Source: Candidatus Binatia bacterium (GTDB lineage: Bacteria > Desulfobacterota > Binatia > UBA9968 > JAJDTQ01). From it: DNA of 64,000 nt. The notes under the pieces are model-generated. The model was given only the letters and a program-made list of their open reading frames with translations. It had not been told where the DNA came from and did no database searches. Each line of letters opens with the position of its first letter. Position 1 is the stretch's first letter. The position numbers and the translations under genes were made by a program. Of the stretch, positions 23,172 to 41,116 are shown piece by piece. Location: the NCBI GenBank assembly GCA_963666515.2, contig OY762897.2:3200001-3264000 (forward strand), written 5' to 3'.

Positions 23172-23196
23172 GATCGGATGATGACTGACCTGACGA

Positions 23197-23667
23197 CTAC
23201 CAGCGGTAATGGGCGAAGGCGCGGTTCGCCTCGGCCATCCGGTGCGTGTCTTCCTTCTTCTTGACGGCGTTGCCCCGCTGGTTGGCGGCGTCCATCAATT
23301 CGCCGGCGAGCTTCTCGTCCATGGCCTTCTCGCTCCTGGCCCGGGCCGAGCTGATGAGCCAGCGGAGGCTCAGCGAAAGCCGCCGGTCAGGACGGACCTC
23401 CACCGGCACCTGGTAGGTGGCGCCGCCGACGCGCCGGGAACGGACCTCCACCATGGGCTTGGTGTTGTCCACGGCGCGCTTGAACACGCCCAGCGGCTCG
23501 GTCTTGGCCCTGTCCGCAATGATGTCCAGCGACCGGTAGAGGATTCCCTCGGCGATGCTCTTCTTGCCGCGGCTCATCATGTTGTTGATGAACTTCGTGA
23601 CCAGCCTGTCCCCGTACTTGGGGTCCGGGAGCAGCTCTTTCCGCTTTATTTCACCCTTGCGCGGCAT
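23197..23667 (-). CDS. rpsG: 30S ribosomal protein S7
   Basis: [31 protein letters not shown]. Confidence 0.98.
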   Translation of the reverse strand: MPRKGEIKRKELLPDPKYGDRLVTKFINNMMSRGKKSIAEGILYRSLDIIADRAKTEPLGVFKRAVDNTKPMVEVRSRRVGGATYQVPVEVRPDRRLSLSLRWLISSARARSEKAMDEKLAGELMDAANQRGNAVKKKEDTHRMAEANRAFAHYRW

Positions 23668-23671
23668 GTCC

Positions 23672-24043
23672 CTACTTCGGCCTCTTGGCTCCGTACTTCG
23701 AGCGGCCCTGGCGGCGCTCCTGGACGCCGATGGAGTCCAACGCGCCGCGGATGATGTGGTAGCGCACGCCCGGCAGGTCCTTGACCCTGCCGCCACGGAT
23801 CAGCACCACCGAGTGCTCCTGCAGATTGTGCCCCATGCCGGGGATGTAGGAGGTCACCTCCGTCCCGTTGGTCAGGCGTACCCGCGCCACCTTGCGCAAC
23901 GCCGAGTTGGGCTTCTTCGGCGTGGAGGTGTAGACCCGGGTGCACACGCCGCGCTTCTGCGGACAGCCCTGTAGCGCCGGCGCGGTGTTCTTCTGCCGCT
24001 GTATCTCGCGTCCCTTGCGGACCAGTTGATTGATCGTAGGCAT
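23672..24043 (-). CDS. rpsL: 30S ribosomal protein S12
   Basis: [30 protein letters not shown]. Confidence 0.98.
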   Translation of the reverse strand: MPTINQLVRKGREIQRQKNTAPALQGCPQKRGVCTRVYTSTPKKPNSALRKVARVRLTNGTEVTSYIPGMGHNLQEHSVVLIRGGRVKDLPGVRYHIIRGALDSIGVQERRQGRSKYGAKRPK

Positions 24044-24071
24044 CTCGCTCGACTTTCGCAGTAAACTGCCG

Positions 24072-24100
24072 ATTTTATCGGAACTTTGACAGCCTGTCAA
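24072..24100 (-). promoter_or_regulatory. Sigma70-type promoter of rpsL, with a palindrome overlapping the -35 box
   Basis: Minus strand TTGACA-N17-TAAAAT, 28 nt upstream of the rpsL ATG; TTGACAG-C-CTGTCAA palindrome at 24086-24100. Confidence 0.8.
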
Positions 24101-24103
24101 CGG

Positions 24104-28231
<4,128 letters not shown>

Positions 28232-28239
28232 GATGCCTC

Positions 28240-32334
<4,095 letters not shown>

Positions 32335-32384
32335 GAGATCCCCTTTCGCTCGACCCTGAGAATGACGCCCGGCGCCGCCGGACA

Positions 32385-32449
32385 GGGCGGCTGCCGGCCG
32401 CCCCTGCCACTGGCCTCCCCGGACAAGGGCGGCCGCGGGTCGCCCCTAC
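32385..32449 (-). repeat. Two tandem GTAG-type REP-like palindromes (one degenerate) after rplL
   Basis: Minus strand GTAGGGGCGACCCGCGGCCGCCC (32427-32449; its TAG is the rplL stop) and GCAGGGGCGGCCGGCAGCCGCCC (32385-32407). Confidence 0.75.
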
Positions 32450-32817
32450 TTGACCTCGACGCTGCCGCCGACCTCTTCGATCTTGTTCTTGACCTCCTCG
32501 GCCTCGTCCTTCGAGACGCCTTCCTTGACGTTCTTCGGAGCGCCGTCCACCAGGTCCTTGGCCTCCTTCAGACCCAGGCCCGTGATCTCCCGCACCACCT
32601 TGATGACCTGGATCTTCTTCTCGCCGGAACTGGTCAGCACGGCGTCGAACTCGGTCTGCTCCTCGGCCGCCGCGGCGGCAACCGGCGTCGCGGCCACGGC
32701 GACGGGCGCCGCGGCGCTGACCCCCAGCTCTTCTTCCAGCTCCTTGACCAGGCTGGCGGCCTCCAGCAGGGACATGTTCTTGATGAAATCCTTGACTTGC
32801 TCCCGACTCACTTCCAT
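32446..32817 (-). CDS. rplL: 50S ribosomal protein L7/L12
   Basis: [31 protein letters not shown]. Confidence 0.98.
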   Translation of the reverse strand: MEVSREQVKDFIKNMSLLEAASLVKELEEELGVSAAAPVAVAATPVAAAAAEEQTEFDAVLTSSGEKKIQVIKVVREITGLGLKEAKDLVDGAPKNVKEGVSKDEAEEVKNKIEEVGGSVEVK

Positions 32818-32866
32818 TGGTGGATTCCCCCTTCTACCGTCGTTGTCTACGGATCGAACTTCAGGG

Positions 32867-32935
32867 GGGCGACCGCGGGTCGCCCCTACACATACGCCAG
32901 CGATGACCCCATGCAGGGGCGACCCGCGGTCGCCC
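32867..32935. repeat. Inverted pair of GTAG-type REP-like palindromes between rplJ and rplL
   Basis: GGGCGACCGCGGGTCGCCCCTAC (32867-32889) and GCAGGGGCGACCCGCGGTCGCCC (32913-32935), separated by 23 nt. Confidence 0.8.
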
Positions 32936-33462
32936 TAGCCCTTGCTCTCCTCGATTGCGCCGAGCAGACGCACCAGTTGGCTGCCCGGCTCCTGGATGGT
33001 CCGCAGCAACCGGCCGGCCGGCGCCTGCATCAGCGACAGCACCTGCGCCTGCAACTCGGGCAGGCTCGGCAGCGCGGCCAGCCCCTTGACCTGCACCGGT
33101 TCCAGCAGCGTTCCGTCCAGGACCGCGCCCTTGATGGTCAGGTCGTCGTTGTCGTCCGCGAACTTGACCAGCGCCTTGGACAGGCCCACCGGATCGTCGT
33201 AGGCGAACACCCAGCCGTTGGGGCCGGTGAGGAAGTCCTCCAGAGCCTGATACGCCGTGTCCTTGATGGCCAGCCGCACCAGGTTGTTCTTGGCGATCTT
33301 GTATTCCCCGGCCGCCTCGCGGACGTCGCAACGAAGCTGCGTCATCTTGCTGACGGACAGCCCCCGGTAGTCGGTCACCACCGCCATGGTGGCGGTGCGG
33401 AACCTGTCCTGGAAGGCGTCGACGACGGCCGATTTTTCCTGACGATCCACGCTGTTCTCCAA
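32935..33462 (-). CDS. rplJ: 50S ribosomal protein L10
   Basis: DYRGLSV, KNNLVRLA, LAALPS; start TTG 33462 or GTG 33450. Confidence 0.96.
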   Translation of the reverse strand: MENSVDRQEKSAVVDAFQDRFRTATMAVVTDYRGLSVSKMTQLRCDVREAAGEYKIAKNNLVRLAIKDTAYQALEDFLTGPNGWVFAYDDPVGLSKALVKFADDNDDLTIKGAVLDGTLLEPVQVKGLAALPSLPELQAQVLSLMQAPAGRLLRTIQEPGSQLVRLLGAIEESKG

Positions 33463-33479
33463 TCAATGCCGCGCCCGGT

Positions 33480-34184
33480 TCACACCGCCATGACGCGCAC
33501 TTCCGCCGGGTCGATCCGCACGCCCGGTCCCATGGTCGCGGCCACCGCCACGCTCCTGATGTAGGTCCCCTTGGCCGCCGCGGGCTTGGCGCGCAGCAGC
33601 GCGCCCACCACCGCCTTGGCGTTGTCCAGCAGCTTGTCGGCCTCGAACGACACCTTGCCGATGGGCAGGTGCACGATGCCCGCCTTGTCCACCCGGTACT
33701 CCAGCCTGCCCGCCTTGATCTCCGTGACCGCCTTGCCGATCTCCGCGGCCACGGTGCCGGAGCGCGGGTTCGGCATCAGGCCCCGGGGGCCGAGGATCTT
33801 GCCGATGCGGCCGACCGCGCCCATCATGTCGGGCGTGGCCACCACCTTGTCGAAGTCGAGCCAGCCCTCGGTGATCTTCTTGATCAGCTCGTCGTTGCCG
33901 ACGAACTCGGCGCCGGCCTCCTCGGCCTCCTTCTCCTTCTCGCCCTTGGCGAACGCCAGCACCCGGACCGGCTTGCCGAGGCCGTGGGGCAGCCCCACCG
34001 CGCCGCGGATGTTCTGGTCCGCCCGGCGCGGGTCGACGCCGAGCCGGACCGACAACTCGACCGTCTCGTCGAATTTCGCCGTAGCGGTGTCCTTGACCAT
34101 TCGTATCCCCTCTTCCAGAGGATACTTCCGGGCCTTGTCCACCTTTTCCGCGACTCCCTGGTACTTCTTGCCTTTCGCTCTCAT
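33480..34184 (-). CDS. rplA: 50S ribosomal protein L1
   Basis: [22 protein letters not shown]. Confidence 0.98.
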   Translation of the reverse strand: MRAKGKKYQGVAEKVDKARKYPLEEGIRMVKDTATAKFDETVELSVRLGVDPRRADQNIRGAVGLPHGLGKPVRVLAFAKGEKEKEAEEAGAEFVGNDELIKKITEGWLDFDKVVATPDMMGAVGRIGKILGPRGLMPNPRSGTVAAEIGKAVTEIKAGRLEYRVDKAGIVHLPIGKVSFEADKLLDNAKAVVGALLRAKPAAAKGTYIRSVAVAATMGPGVRIDPAEVRVMAV

Positions 34185-34202
34185 GACAGCCCCCGCGCCC
34201 GA

Positions 34203-34625
34203 TCAGACGACCTTGAGCCCGAGACTCCGGGCCGTGCCCTCGACGGTCTTGACCGCGGCCTCGATGCTGGCGCTGGTCAGATCGGGCATCTTGACTTGGG
34301 CGATCTCCAGAACCTGCGCCTTCGTCACCTGCCCTTTCGTTTCCTTGCCCGGCTCCGCCGCACCCTTGTCGAGCCCGGCCGCCTTCTTCAGCAGCACCGC
34401 GGCCGGAGGGGTCTTGGTGATGAAGCTGAAGGAGCGGTCGGCGTAGACGGTGATGATGACCGGGATGATCATGCCCTGCTCGTTCTGCGTCGTCGCGTTG
34501 AAGTTCTTGCAGAACTCCATGATGTTCACGCCCCGCTGACCCAGGGCCGGGCCCACCGGCGGGCTGGGGTTCGCCTGCCCCGCGGGTATCTGCAACTTGA
34601 TCTCGCCGATCACCTTCTTGGCCAT
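34203..34625 (-). CDS. rplK: 50S ribosomal protein L11
   Basis: [27 protein letters not shown]. Confidence 0.98.
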   Translation of the reverse strand: MAKKVIGEIKLQIPAGQANPSPPVGPALGQRGVNIMEFCKNFNATTQNEQGMIIPVIITVYADRSFSFITKTPPAAVLLKKAAGLDKGAAEPGKETKGQVTKAQVLEIAQVKMPDLTSASIEAAVKTVEGTARSLGLKVV

Positions 34626-34665
34626 GGTTCCGTGTCCTGTCCCTCTGGTTCACGCGATAGCCGGT

Positions 34666-35199
34666 CTAGCTCCGCTCCACCTGAATGAAATCCAGCTCCA
34701 CCGGAGTCGCCCGGCCGAAGATGCTGATCAGCACCCGCAGCTTGCCCTTGTCGGGCTTGACTTCCTCGACCACGCCGTTGAACTCGGAGAAGGGTCCGTC
34801 GATGACCTTGACGCTCTCGCCCACCGAGAAGACCACCCGGGGCCGCGGCCGCACCGCGCCTTCCTCCATCTGGTGCGTGATCGCCCGCACCTCCTCCTCG
34901 CTCACCCACGGCGGCTGCGTGCTGCCGCCGACGAACCCGGTCACCTTGGGAGTGGACTTGACGACGTGCCAAGTCTCGTCGTCCATCACCATTTGAACCA
35001 GGATGTAGCCCGGAAAGAACTTTCGCGACGACGTCCGCTTCTTGCCTTTCACCAGTTCGACGACCTTCTCGGCCGGCACGAGGATCTCGCCGAACCGGTC
35101 GCCGTTGCCCTTCAACACCTTGATCCGCTCCTCCAGAGCGGCCTTGGCCTTGTGCTCGAACCCGGCGAAGGTGTGGACGACGTACCAGTGCTTTTCCAT
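34666..35199 (-). CDS. nusG: Transcription factor NusG
   Basis: WYVVHT, FFPGYILV, DGPF, IFGRATPVEL. Confidence 0.98.
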   Translation of the reverse strand: MEKHWYVVHTFAGFEHKAKAALEERIKVLKGNGDRFGEILVPAEKVVELVKGKKRTSSRKFFPGYILVQMVMDDETWHVVKSTPKVTGFVGGSTQPPWVSEEEVRAITHQMEEGAVRPRPRVVFSVGESVKVIDGPFSEFNGVVEEVKPDKGKLRVLISIFGRATPVELDFIQVERS

Positions 35200-35215
35200 G
35201 GGATACCCGGTTGCC

Positions 35216-35428
35216 TCAGCGCAGCAGCCACTGTCTCGCGTACGAAAGCAGGAAATCGACCAGGCCGAGATAGATGGCGAAGAAAATCACCACCAGCACC
35301 ACCACCCCCGTTGCCGCGTAGGTCTCCCGCCGGGTCGGCCAGTGCACCCGCTTCAACTCCTGCCAGGCTTCGCGAACGAAGTCGGTCAGCCGCCCCACGG
35401 AGGCGAACGAATCAGTGAGCTTTTCCAT
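35216..35428 (-). CDS. secE: Preprotein translocase SecE (single-TM form)
   Basis: ELKRVHWPTRRE followed by a TM helix; syntenic position. Confidence 0.93.
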   Translation of the reverse strand: MEKLTDSFASVGRLTDFVREAWQELKRVHWPTRRETYAATGVVVLVVIFFAIYLGLVDFLLSYARQWLLR

Positions 35429-35442
35429 CGCCGGCGATGAGC

Positions 35443-35519
35443 TGGCGGGTCAGGCAGGACTCGAACCTGCAACAGCCGGATTTGGAGTCCGGTGCTCTAC
35501 CAATTGGAGCTACTGACCC
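35443..35519 (-). tRNA. tRNA-Trp (CCA)
   Basis: Cloverleaf GGGTCAG...CCGGA-CTCCAAA-TCCGG...TTCGAGT...CTGACCC-G-CCA. Confidence 0.96.
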
Positions 35520-35531
35520 GGCTCCGCTGAA

Positions 35532-35684
35532 TCAGACCCGGATTTCCTTGTGCGCCGTGTGGGTGCGGCAACGACCACAGAACTTCTTGAACTCGAGCTT
35601 GTCCGCTGTTCTCTTCTTGTTCTTGGTCGTGGTGTAGTTCTTCCGCTTGCAGCGGTCGCAGGCCAGCCCAACCAGATCACGCAT
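35532..35684 (-). CDS. rpmG: 50S ribosomal protein L33 (Zn-binding form)
   Basis: Manual translation [50 protein letters not shown]. Confidence 0.97.
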   Translation of the reverse strand: MRDLVGLACDRCKRKNYTTTKNKKRTADKLEFKKFCGRCRTHTAHKEIRV

Positions 35685-35698
35685 CTCTCACCCCCAGC

Positions 35699-36889
35699 TT
35701 ACTGGACGATCTCGGTCACGACCCCGGCGCCGACGGTGCGGCCGCCTTCGCGGATGGCGAAGCGCAGGCCGTCGTCCATGGCGATGGGGGTGATGAGATC
35801 GACGTCGATGTGAACGTTGTCGCCGGGCATGATCATCTCGGTGCCCTCGGGCAGCGTGGCCACGCCGGTGACGTCGGTGGTGCGGAAGTAGAACTGCGGG
35901 CGATAGCCGTTGAAGAACGGGGTGTGCCGGCCGCCCTCTTCCTTGGTCAGGATGTACGCCTCGGCCTTGAACTTGGTGTGCGGGGTGACCGTCTTGGGCT
36001 TCGCCAGCACCTGGCCGCGCTCCACCTCGTCGCGCTTGATGCCTCGCAGCAGCACGCCGATGTTGTCGCCCGCCTGTCCCTCGTCGAGCAGCTTGCGGAA
36101 CATCTCGACGCCCGTGGCCACCGTCTTCTGGGTCTCCTTCAGGCCGACGATCTCCACCTCGTCGCCGACGTGCAGGATGCCCCGCTCCACCCGGCCGGTC
36201 ACCACGGTGCCGCGGCCGCTGATGGTGAAGACGTCCTCCACCGGCATGATGAACGGCTTGTCCACGTCCCGCATGGGGTCGGGAACGTAGCTGTCCACCG
36301 CGTCCATCAACGCGGTGATCGAGTCGGTGCCCAACTCGCCACCCTCTCCCTCGAGGGCCTTGAGCGCGCTGCCGGTGATGACCGGGATGTCGTCGCCCGG
36401 GAACTGGTACTTGGAGAGCAGCTCCCTCACCTCCAGCTCCACCAACTCCAGCAGCTCGGGGTCGTCCACCATGTCGGCCTTGTTGAGATAGACCACGATG
36501 GAGGGAACGCCGACCTGGCGGGCCAGCAGGATGTGCTCGCGGGTCTGCGGCATCGGGCCGTCGGCCGCGGACACCACCAGGATCGCGCCGTCCATCTGGG
36601 CGGCGCCGGTGATCATGTTCTTCACGTAGTCCGCGTGTCCCGGGCAGTCCACGTGGGCGTAGTGGCGCTTGTCGGTCTGGTACTCGACGTGGGCGATGTT
36701 GATGGTGACGCCCCGCTCCCGCTCCTCCGGCGCCTTGTCGATCTGGTCGAAGGGCACGAAATCCGCCGACCCCCGTTCCGCCAGCACCTTCGTGATCGCC
36801 GCGGTCAAGGTCGTCTTGCCGTGGTCCACATGGCCGATGGTGCCGATGTTGAGGTGTGGTTTCGTACGCTCGAATTTTGCCTTGCTCAT
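35699..36889 (-). CDS. tuf: Elongation factor Tu
   Basis: [28 protein letters not shown]; ORF trimmed to ATG 36889. Confidence 0.99.
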   Translation of the reverse strand: MSKAKFERTKPHLNIGTIGHVDHGKTTLTAAITKVLAERGSADFVPFDQIDKAPEERERGVTINIAHVEYQTDKRHYAHVDCPGHADYVKNMITGAAQMDGAILVVSAADGPMPQTREHILLARQVGVPSIVVYLNKADMVDDPELLELVELEVRELLSKYQFPGDDIPVITGSALKALEGEGGELGTDSITALMDAVDSYVPDPMRDVDKPFIMPVEDVFTISGRGTVVTGRVERGILHVGDEVEIVGLKETQKTVATGVEMFRKLLDEGQAGDNIGVLLRGIKRDEVERGQVLAKPKTVTPHTKFKAEAYILTKEEGGRHTPFFNGYRPQFYFRTTDVTGVATLPEGTEMIMPGDNVHIDVDLITPIAMDDGLRFAIREGGRTVGAGVVTEIVQ

Positions 36890-36943
36890 CTTCTCCTCCT
36901 GTGGATCCCTCTCCGTTGGTTTCAATCCTTTACAAACAGGCAA

Positions 36944-37016
36944 AGCCCAGGAGCGGGCTTGAACCGCCGACCTCGTCCTTACCAAGGACGTGCTCTACCG
37001 ACTGAGCTACCTGGGC
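36944..37016 (-). tRNA. tRNA-Thr (GGT), CCA not encoded
   Basis: GCCCAGG...CGTCC-TTGGTAA-GGACG...TTCAAGC...CCTGGGC-T. Confidence 0.95.
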
Positions 37017-37101
37017 ATGGGGTCACGTGGCGGAAGACGGTCTCCGAAGGCGCTCTCGCGGAACGGGCCGCTTCCCACGGACATTCGGACCACTGATTCT
37101 G

Positions 37102-37178
37102 TGGAGCGGGAAACGGGATTCGAACCCGCGACCCCGAGCTTGGAAGGCTCGTGCTCTAGCCAACTGAGCTATTCCCGC
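37102..37178 (-). tRNA. tRNA-Gly (TCC)
   Basis: GCGGGAA...CGAGC-CTTCCAA-GCTCG...TTCGAAT...TTCCCGC-T-CCA. Confidence 0.96.
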
Positions 37179-37212
37179 AAATGATTCCTTCGCTCCAGAG
37201 TCCTGCAACTGA

Positions 37213-37298
37213 TGGTGGAGAGGGGAGGATTCGAACCTCCGAAGCCGATCGGCGGCAGATTTACAGTCTGCTCCCTTTGTCCACTCGGGAACCTCTCC
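37213..37298 (-). tRNA. tRNA-Tyr (GTA)
   Basis: GGAGAGG...GCAGA-CTGTAAA-TCTGC, long variable arm, CCA end. Confidence 0.96.
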
Positions 37299-37328
37299 CT
37301 GATTTTCTGGCCGGACAGATCGCTCACG

Positions 37329-37403
37329 TGGAGCTGGCGATAGGATTTGAACCTACAACCTGCTGATTACAAATCAGCTGCTCTACCGTTGAGCTACGCC
37401 AGC
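37329..37403 (-). tRNA. tRNA-Thr (TGT)
   Basis: GCTGGCG...GCTGA-TTTGTAA-TCAGC...CGCCAGC-T-CCA. Confidence 0.96.
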
Positions 37404-37491
37404 GGATCACCCTGCGTCCGGGAACAAAAAGCCACACCTACCCTGTCCCTCGTTATTGAAACAGGGCAAAGATTGGCTACGGATTCCCGAA

Positions 37492-37521
37492 ATTTTAAGC
37501 ATCTGACGGAGGAAATGTCAA
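37492..37521 (-). promoter_or_regulatory. Sigma70-type promoter of the tRNA-tuf operon
   Basis: Minus strand TTGACA-N18-TAAAAT; the -35 box overlaps the rlmB stop codon. Confidence 0.7.
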
Positions 37522-38342
37522 CGGGGCCGGCCGGGAACCGCGGAAAATCGTTGCCGCGCCAGTTCGTACACGAACATGCCCCAGGCCACGCCGACGTTCA
37601 GCGAGCCGACCCGGCCCGCCATGGGGATGGAGACCAGGTGGTCGCAGCTTCGCCGGATCAGCGGCCGGATGCCCCGTTCCTCGCCGCCCAGCACCACGGC
37701 CAACTTTTCCGGATAGACGAGGTCGCAGGCCCGGTTCTCCGCCTGGGCGTCGAGCCCCACCACCCAGTAGCCCCGATCCCGCAACGCCGTCAGCCCGCGG
37801 TGGAGGTTCGGGACGCGGTAAAGCTCGACGTGGTGGACAGCCCCCGCGGAGGCCTTGGTCACGGCACCCGTGACCCCCGCGGCGCGGTCCTTCGGAATGA
37901 CCACGCGCCCCACCCCCATGGCCTCGCAGGTGCGCAGGATGCCGCCGAGGTTCCGGGGGTCCACCACCCCGTCCAGAAAGAGCACGCAGTCGGCGCCCGC
38001 CGGTGGCGGGGCGGCAATCAGCGCATCGAACGAGCCGTAGGCGAACGGCGCCACGCGGGCGGCGACGCCCTGGTGCTTCGCCCCCCGGGTCAGGGTGTCC
38101 AGCGCGCGGGCGTCGATCTCCGAGACCCGGCAGCGCTCCCGCCGAGCCGCCTGCTCCACCCCGCGTAGCGCAGGGCCGCGGCTGCCCGGCAGCAGCAGCA
38201 CTTCAACGACTTCGCCGGGCGCCGCCCGGAGCTTCTCCAGCACGGGATGGATACCGTAGACCAGCGCCGGCTTCCGCCGGCGTCTTTCCGGTTCGTGTCC
38301 CGCCCGGCCGGTTCGCGGAGGCTGGATTGAGGAATTCATCAA
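37518..38342 (-). CDS. rlmB: 23S rRNA Gm2251 methyltransferase (TrmH/SpoU family)
   Basis: YGIHPV, HQGVAA, DPRNLGGILRT, KASAGA, GGEERG, IPMAGRVGSLNV; true start uncertain (only 20 bp from the divergent lptF). Confidence 0.92.
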   Translation of the reverse strand: MMNSSIQPPRTGRAGHEPERRRRKPALVYGIHPVLEKLRAAPGEVVEVLLLPGSRGPALRGVEQAARRERCRVSEIDARALDTLTRGAKHQGVAARVAPFAYGSFDALIAAPPPAGADCVLFLDGVVDPRNLGGILRTCEAMGVGRVVIPKDRAAGVTGAVTKASAGAVHHVELYRVPNLHRGLTALRDRGYWVVGLDAQAENRACDLVYPEKLAVVLGGEERGIRPLIRRSCDHLVSIPMAGRVGSLNVGVAWGMFVYELARQRFSAVPGRPR

Positions 38343-38362
38343 AGAAGGCTACCATTGCCGGT

Positions 38363-39553
38363 GTGCATCGGACCTTGAGCGCCTATGTAGCCGGTCAGAT
38401 CATCCCGCCGTTCCTGGTCGGACTCTTCGCGTTCACGCTGGTGTTCCTCACCGGCCGCATCGTCAAGCTCATCGAGCTGGTCGTCAGCCGCGGAGCGTCT
38501 CCGGGCCAGATGGCCAAGCTGTTCGCGCTCATCCTGCCGACGCTCCTGGAAACGACCCTGCCCATGGCCTTCCTGCTGGGGATCCTGTACGGTTGCGGCC
38601 GCCTCACGCGGGACAACGAGACCCTCGCCTTCAAGGCGTGCGGCGTCGGCCCGATTCACTTCCTGATCCCCGTGGGCCTGGCGGCGCTGGCGGTATCGGC
38701 GCTCGCCCTGGTCCTGTCGGTCTTCGTGAGACCGGCCGCCAACGTCGCGGTCAAGCAGGAGCTTTACTCCATCGCCCGGAGCCGCGCCGGGTCCCTCGTC
38801 AAGGAGCGGGTGTTCAACGATTTCTTTCCCAAGGTGCTGATCTACGTCGACCGGGTGGTCCCCCCGGGGAACGCCTTTCAGGGGGTGCTGATCGTCGACC
38901 AGAGGGACCGGGACGCCGAAAATCTTATCATCGGACGGGTCGCGCTGCTACTTTCCGACACGGACTTCGTCGGCTTGAGGTTGTACGACGGCATGATCCA
39001 TGAGCGGCGGAAGAACCGGGCCGGGTTCAGCCGCACCTCGTTCAGCGTCTACAACCTGCACCTGGAGCTGGACCCGCTGCTCTCGCCGCTGACGCCGGGG
39101 CGGCGGAGCCCCGAGGAGATGTCGCTACGGGAGCTGCGGCAAGCGGTCCGGTCCAGGTCGGCGCGGGGCGAGAGCGCGATCCCGGAAACGATAGAAGTCC
39201 ATCGGCGCTTCGCTTTCCCGTTCGCGCCGCTGGTCTTCGCGCTGCTGGGGGTCGCCATCGTCCTGGCGCCCAGCCGGCCGCGCACGGGGCGCTCTCACGG
39301 AGTGGCCTCGTGCCTGGCTTGGCTGTTCGGCTACTACGCGCTGCTTTCCCTGGGCACGGCCATGGCGGAGACCGGCAGGATCCCGCCGGCCTTGGGGCCG
39401 TGGCTGCCCAACGCCGCAGTGGGGCTCGTCTCGGTCCACCTGTTCGTCAGGACGCTCAAGGAATCACCGTCGCCGTTGGGGCCGGCGGTGGGAGGCCGGC
39501 TTCGAGCCTTGGGCCGAAGGCTCGTGAGGCGGCGCGAGGCCCCGCAGAGATGA
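38363..39553 (+). CDS. lptF: LPS export permease LptF
   Basis: YjgP/Q-family layout (3 TM, periplasmic domain, 3 TM), GRLTRDNE, WLPN; start set at GTG (VHRTL). Confidence 0.85.
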   Translation: MHRTLSAYVAGQIIPPFLVGLFAFTLVFLTGRIVKLIELVVSRGASPGQMAKLFALILPTLLETTLPMAFLLGILYGCGRLTRDNETLAFKACGVGPIHFLIPVGLAALAVSALALVLSVFVRPAANVAVKQELYSIARSRAGSLVKERVFNDFFPKVLIYVDRVVPPGNAFQGVLIVDQRDRDAENLIIGRVALLLSDTDFVGLRLYDGMIHERRKNRAGFSRTSFSVYNLHLELDPLLSPLTPGRRSPEEMSLRELRQAVRSRSARGESAIPETIEVHRRFAFPFAPLVFALLGVAIVLAPSRPRTGRSHGVASCLAWLFGYYALLSLGTAMAETGRIPPALGPWLPNAAVGLVSVHLFVRTLKESPSPLGPAVGGRLRALGRRLVRRREAPQR

Positions 39554-40662
39554 GCCATCCCAAGGGACCCCTTGCGGCTCCGGCGCCGGGAAGCACCCTC
39601 GACCGCTATCTGCTGGCGCTGTTCTCCCGCGTCTTCGCCGGCACTCTCCTGGCCGTCATCCTGTTGCACCTGGCGGGCGACGTCTTCAACCGGGTCGACA
39701 ACCTCATGGGGAGCAGCGCGACGCTCTCGACTTCCGTCCGGTACTTCGTCCACCGGCTGCCCCTGCTGGTCTCCCGCAGCGTCGGCTTTGCCGCGCTGTT
39801 CGCCGCGTTCCTGACCCTGGGCGCGCTGTCGCGGCGGCGCGAGCTGGTGGCCATCCGCGCCTGCGGCCTCAGCCTGCACCGCGTCACCGCGCCCCTGCTC
39901 CTGGCGGCCCTCGGCATCAGCGCCGCCACGTTCTTCTGGAACGAGACCGCGGTGCCCTCCTCCACCAGGAAAGCCAAGCACATCTACGACGTGGAGGTCC
40001 ACGGGAAGGAGCGGCAATCCGTGTTCGGCAACCGGGAGATCTGGATGCGGAGCGACGGCGACTTCATCCGCGCCGACGACTTCGACGCCGAGCGCAATCG
40101 GCTTCGCGGGCTGGTGATCTACCGGCTCACCCCGGAGTTCAAGCTGGACGGGCTCATCGAGACGCCCGCGGCGAGCTGGAACGGCAACCGCTGGGTGCCG
40201 GAGGGAGGCACGGAATGGCGTCTGCTGGAGGGTGGAGGGGTGCGCCGGCGATCCGTGGGGACGACCCTGCCCCTGGATGAGGAGCCCGACGACTTCCGCG
40301 TCTTCGCGCGTTCGCCCGACGAGTTCGGCTACTTCGAGTTGAGGGCGCGCATCGACGACTTGCGGGACAAGGGGGTCGATACGGTGCGGGACACGGTCAA
40401 CCTGCACGCCAAGGTGGCGATTCCGCTGGTCACGCCGCTCACCATTCTCCTGGCGGTGGCGCTGGCGACGAGGCCGGGAAGGAAGGACAGCCTCGTGCTG
40501 AACTTCGGGCTCGCGGTCGCGATAGGATTTTCCTACTGGGTGCTGCTGGGCTTCTGCGTGTCGTTGGGCAAGGCCGGAGCCATGCAGCCCTGGCTTTCCG
40601 CTTGGCTGCCCAACCTGCTGGTGGGTTCGTTCAGCCTGTTCCTGTACACGGGCTCCGAGTGA
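39550..40662 (+). CDS. lptG: LPS export permease LptG
   Basis: LDRYL, ELVAIRACGLSL, AWLPNLL; ATGA overlap with lptF. Confidence 0.85.
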   Translation: MSHPKGPLAAPAPGSTLDRYLLALFSRVFAGTLLAVILLHLAGDVFNRVDNLMGSSATLSTSVRYFVHRLPLLVSRSVGFAALFAAFLTLGALSRRRELVAIRACGLSLHRVTAPLLLAALGISAATFFWNETAVPSSTRKAKHIYDVEVHGKERQSVFGNREIWMRSDGDFIRADDFDAERNRLRGLVIYRLTPEFKLDGLIETPAASWNGNRWVPEGGTEWRLLEGGGVRRRSVGTTLPLDEEPDDFRVFARSPDEFGYFELRARIDDLRDKGVDTVRDTVNLHAKVAIPLVTPLTILLAVALATRPGRKDSLVLNFGLAVAIGFSYWVLLGFCVSLGKAGAMQPWLSAWLPNLLVGSFSLFLYTGSE

Positions 40663-40678
40663 GCCCGCGACGAGGGGC

Positions 40679-41071
40679 CTAGCGCTTGGAGAACTGCGGC
40701 CGTTTCCGGGCCTTGTGCCTGCCGTACTTCTTACGCTCCACCGCGCGCGGGTCGCGGGTGACGTAACCGGCCTTCTTCAGCGTGACGCGGTAACCCTCGT
40801 CCACCTGCATCAGCGCCCGGGTGATCCCATGCCGGATGGCGCCGGCCTGACCGGAGATCCCGCCTCCCTTGACGTTGACGACGAGATCGAAGTCACCGAG
40901 GGTGCGGGTCACGTGAAAGGGCTGGCGGACGATCATCCTGGCCGTTTCGCGGCCGAAATAGTCTTCGAGCACCCGGCTGTTGATGCGGATGTCTCCCTTG
41001 CCGCGTCTCAGGTAAACCCGCGCGACCGAGGTCTTCCGCCTGCCGGTCGCGTAAATGAACTCTTCCGCCAT
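40679..41071 (-). CDS. rpsI: 30S ribosomal protein S9
   Basis: [27 protein letters not shown]. Confidence 0.98.
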   Translation of the reverse strand: MAEEFIYATGRRKTSVARVYLRRGKGDIRINSRVLEDYFGRETARMIVRQPFHVTRTLGDFDLVVNVKGGGISGQAGAIRHGITRALMQVDEGYRVTLKKAGYVTRDPRAVERKKYGRHKARKRPQFSKR

Positions 41072-41116
41072 CTTCGTGAACCTGTCCTTGACCGCAACGG
41101 GGTCGAAACCGCCCTG

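Noticed and set aside
36890-36985. N-terminal extension of tuf
   Set aside because: Overlaps tRNA-Thr; the canonical start MSKAKF has a GGAGGAG RBS
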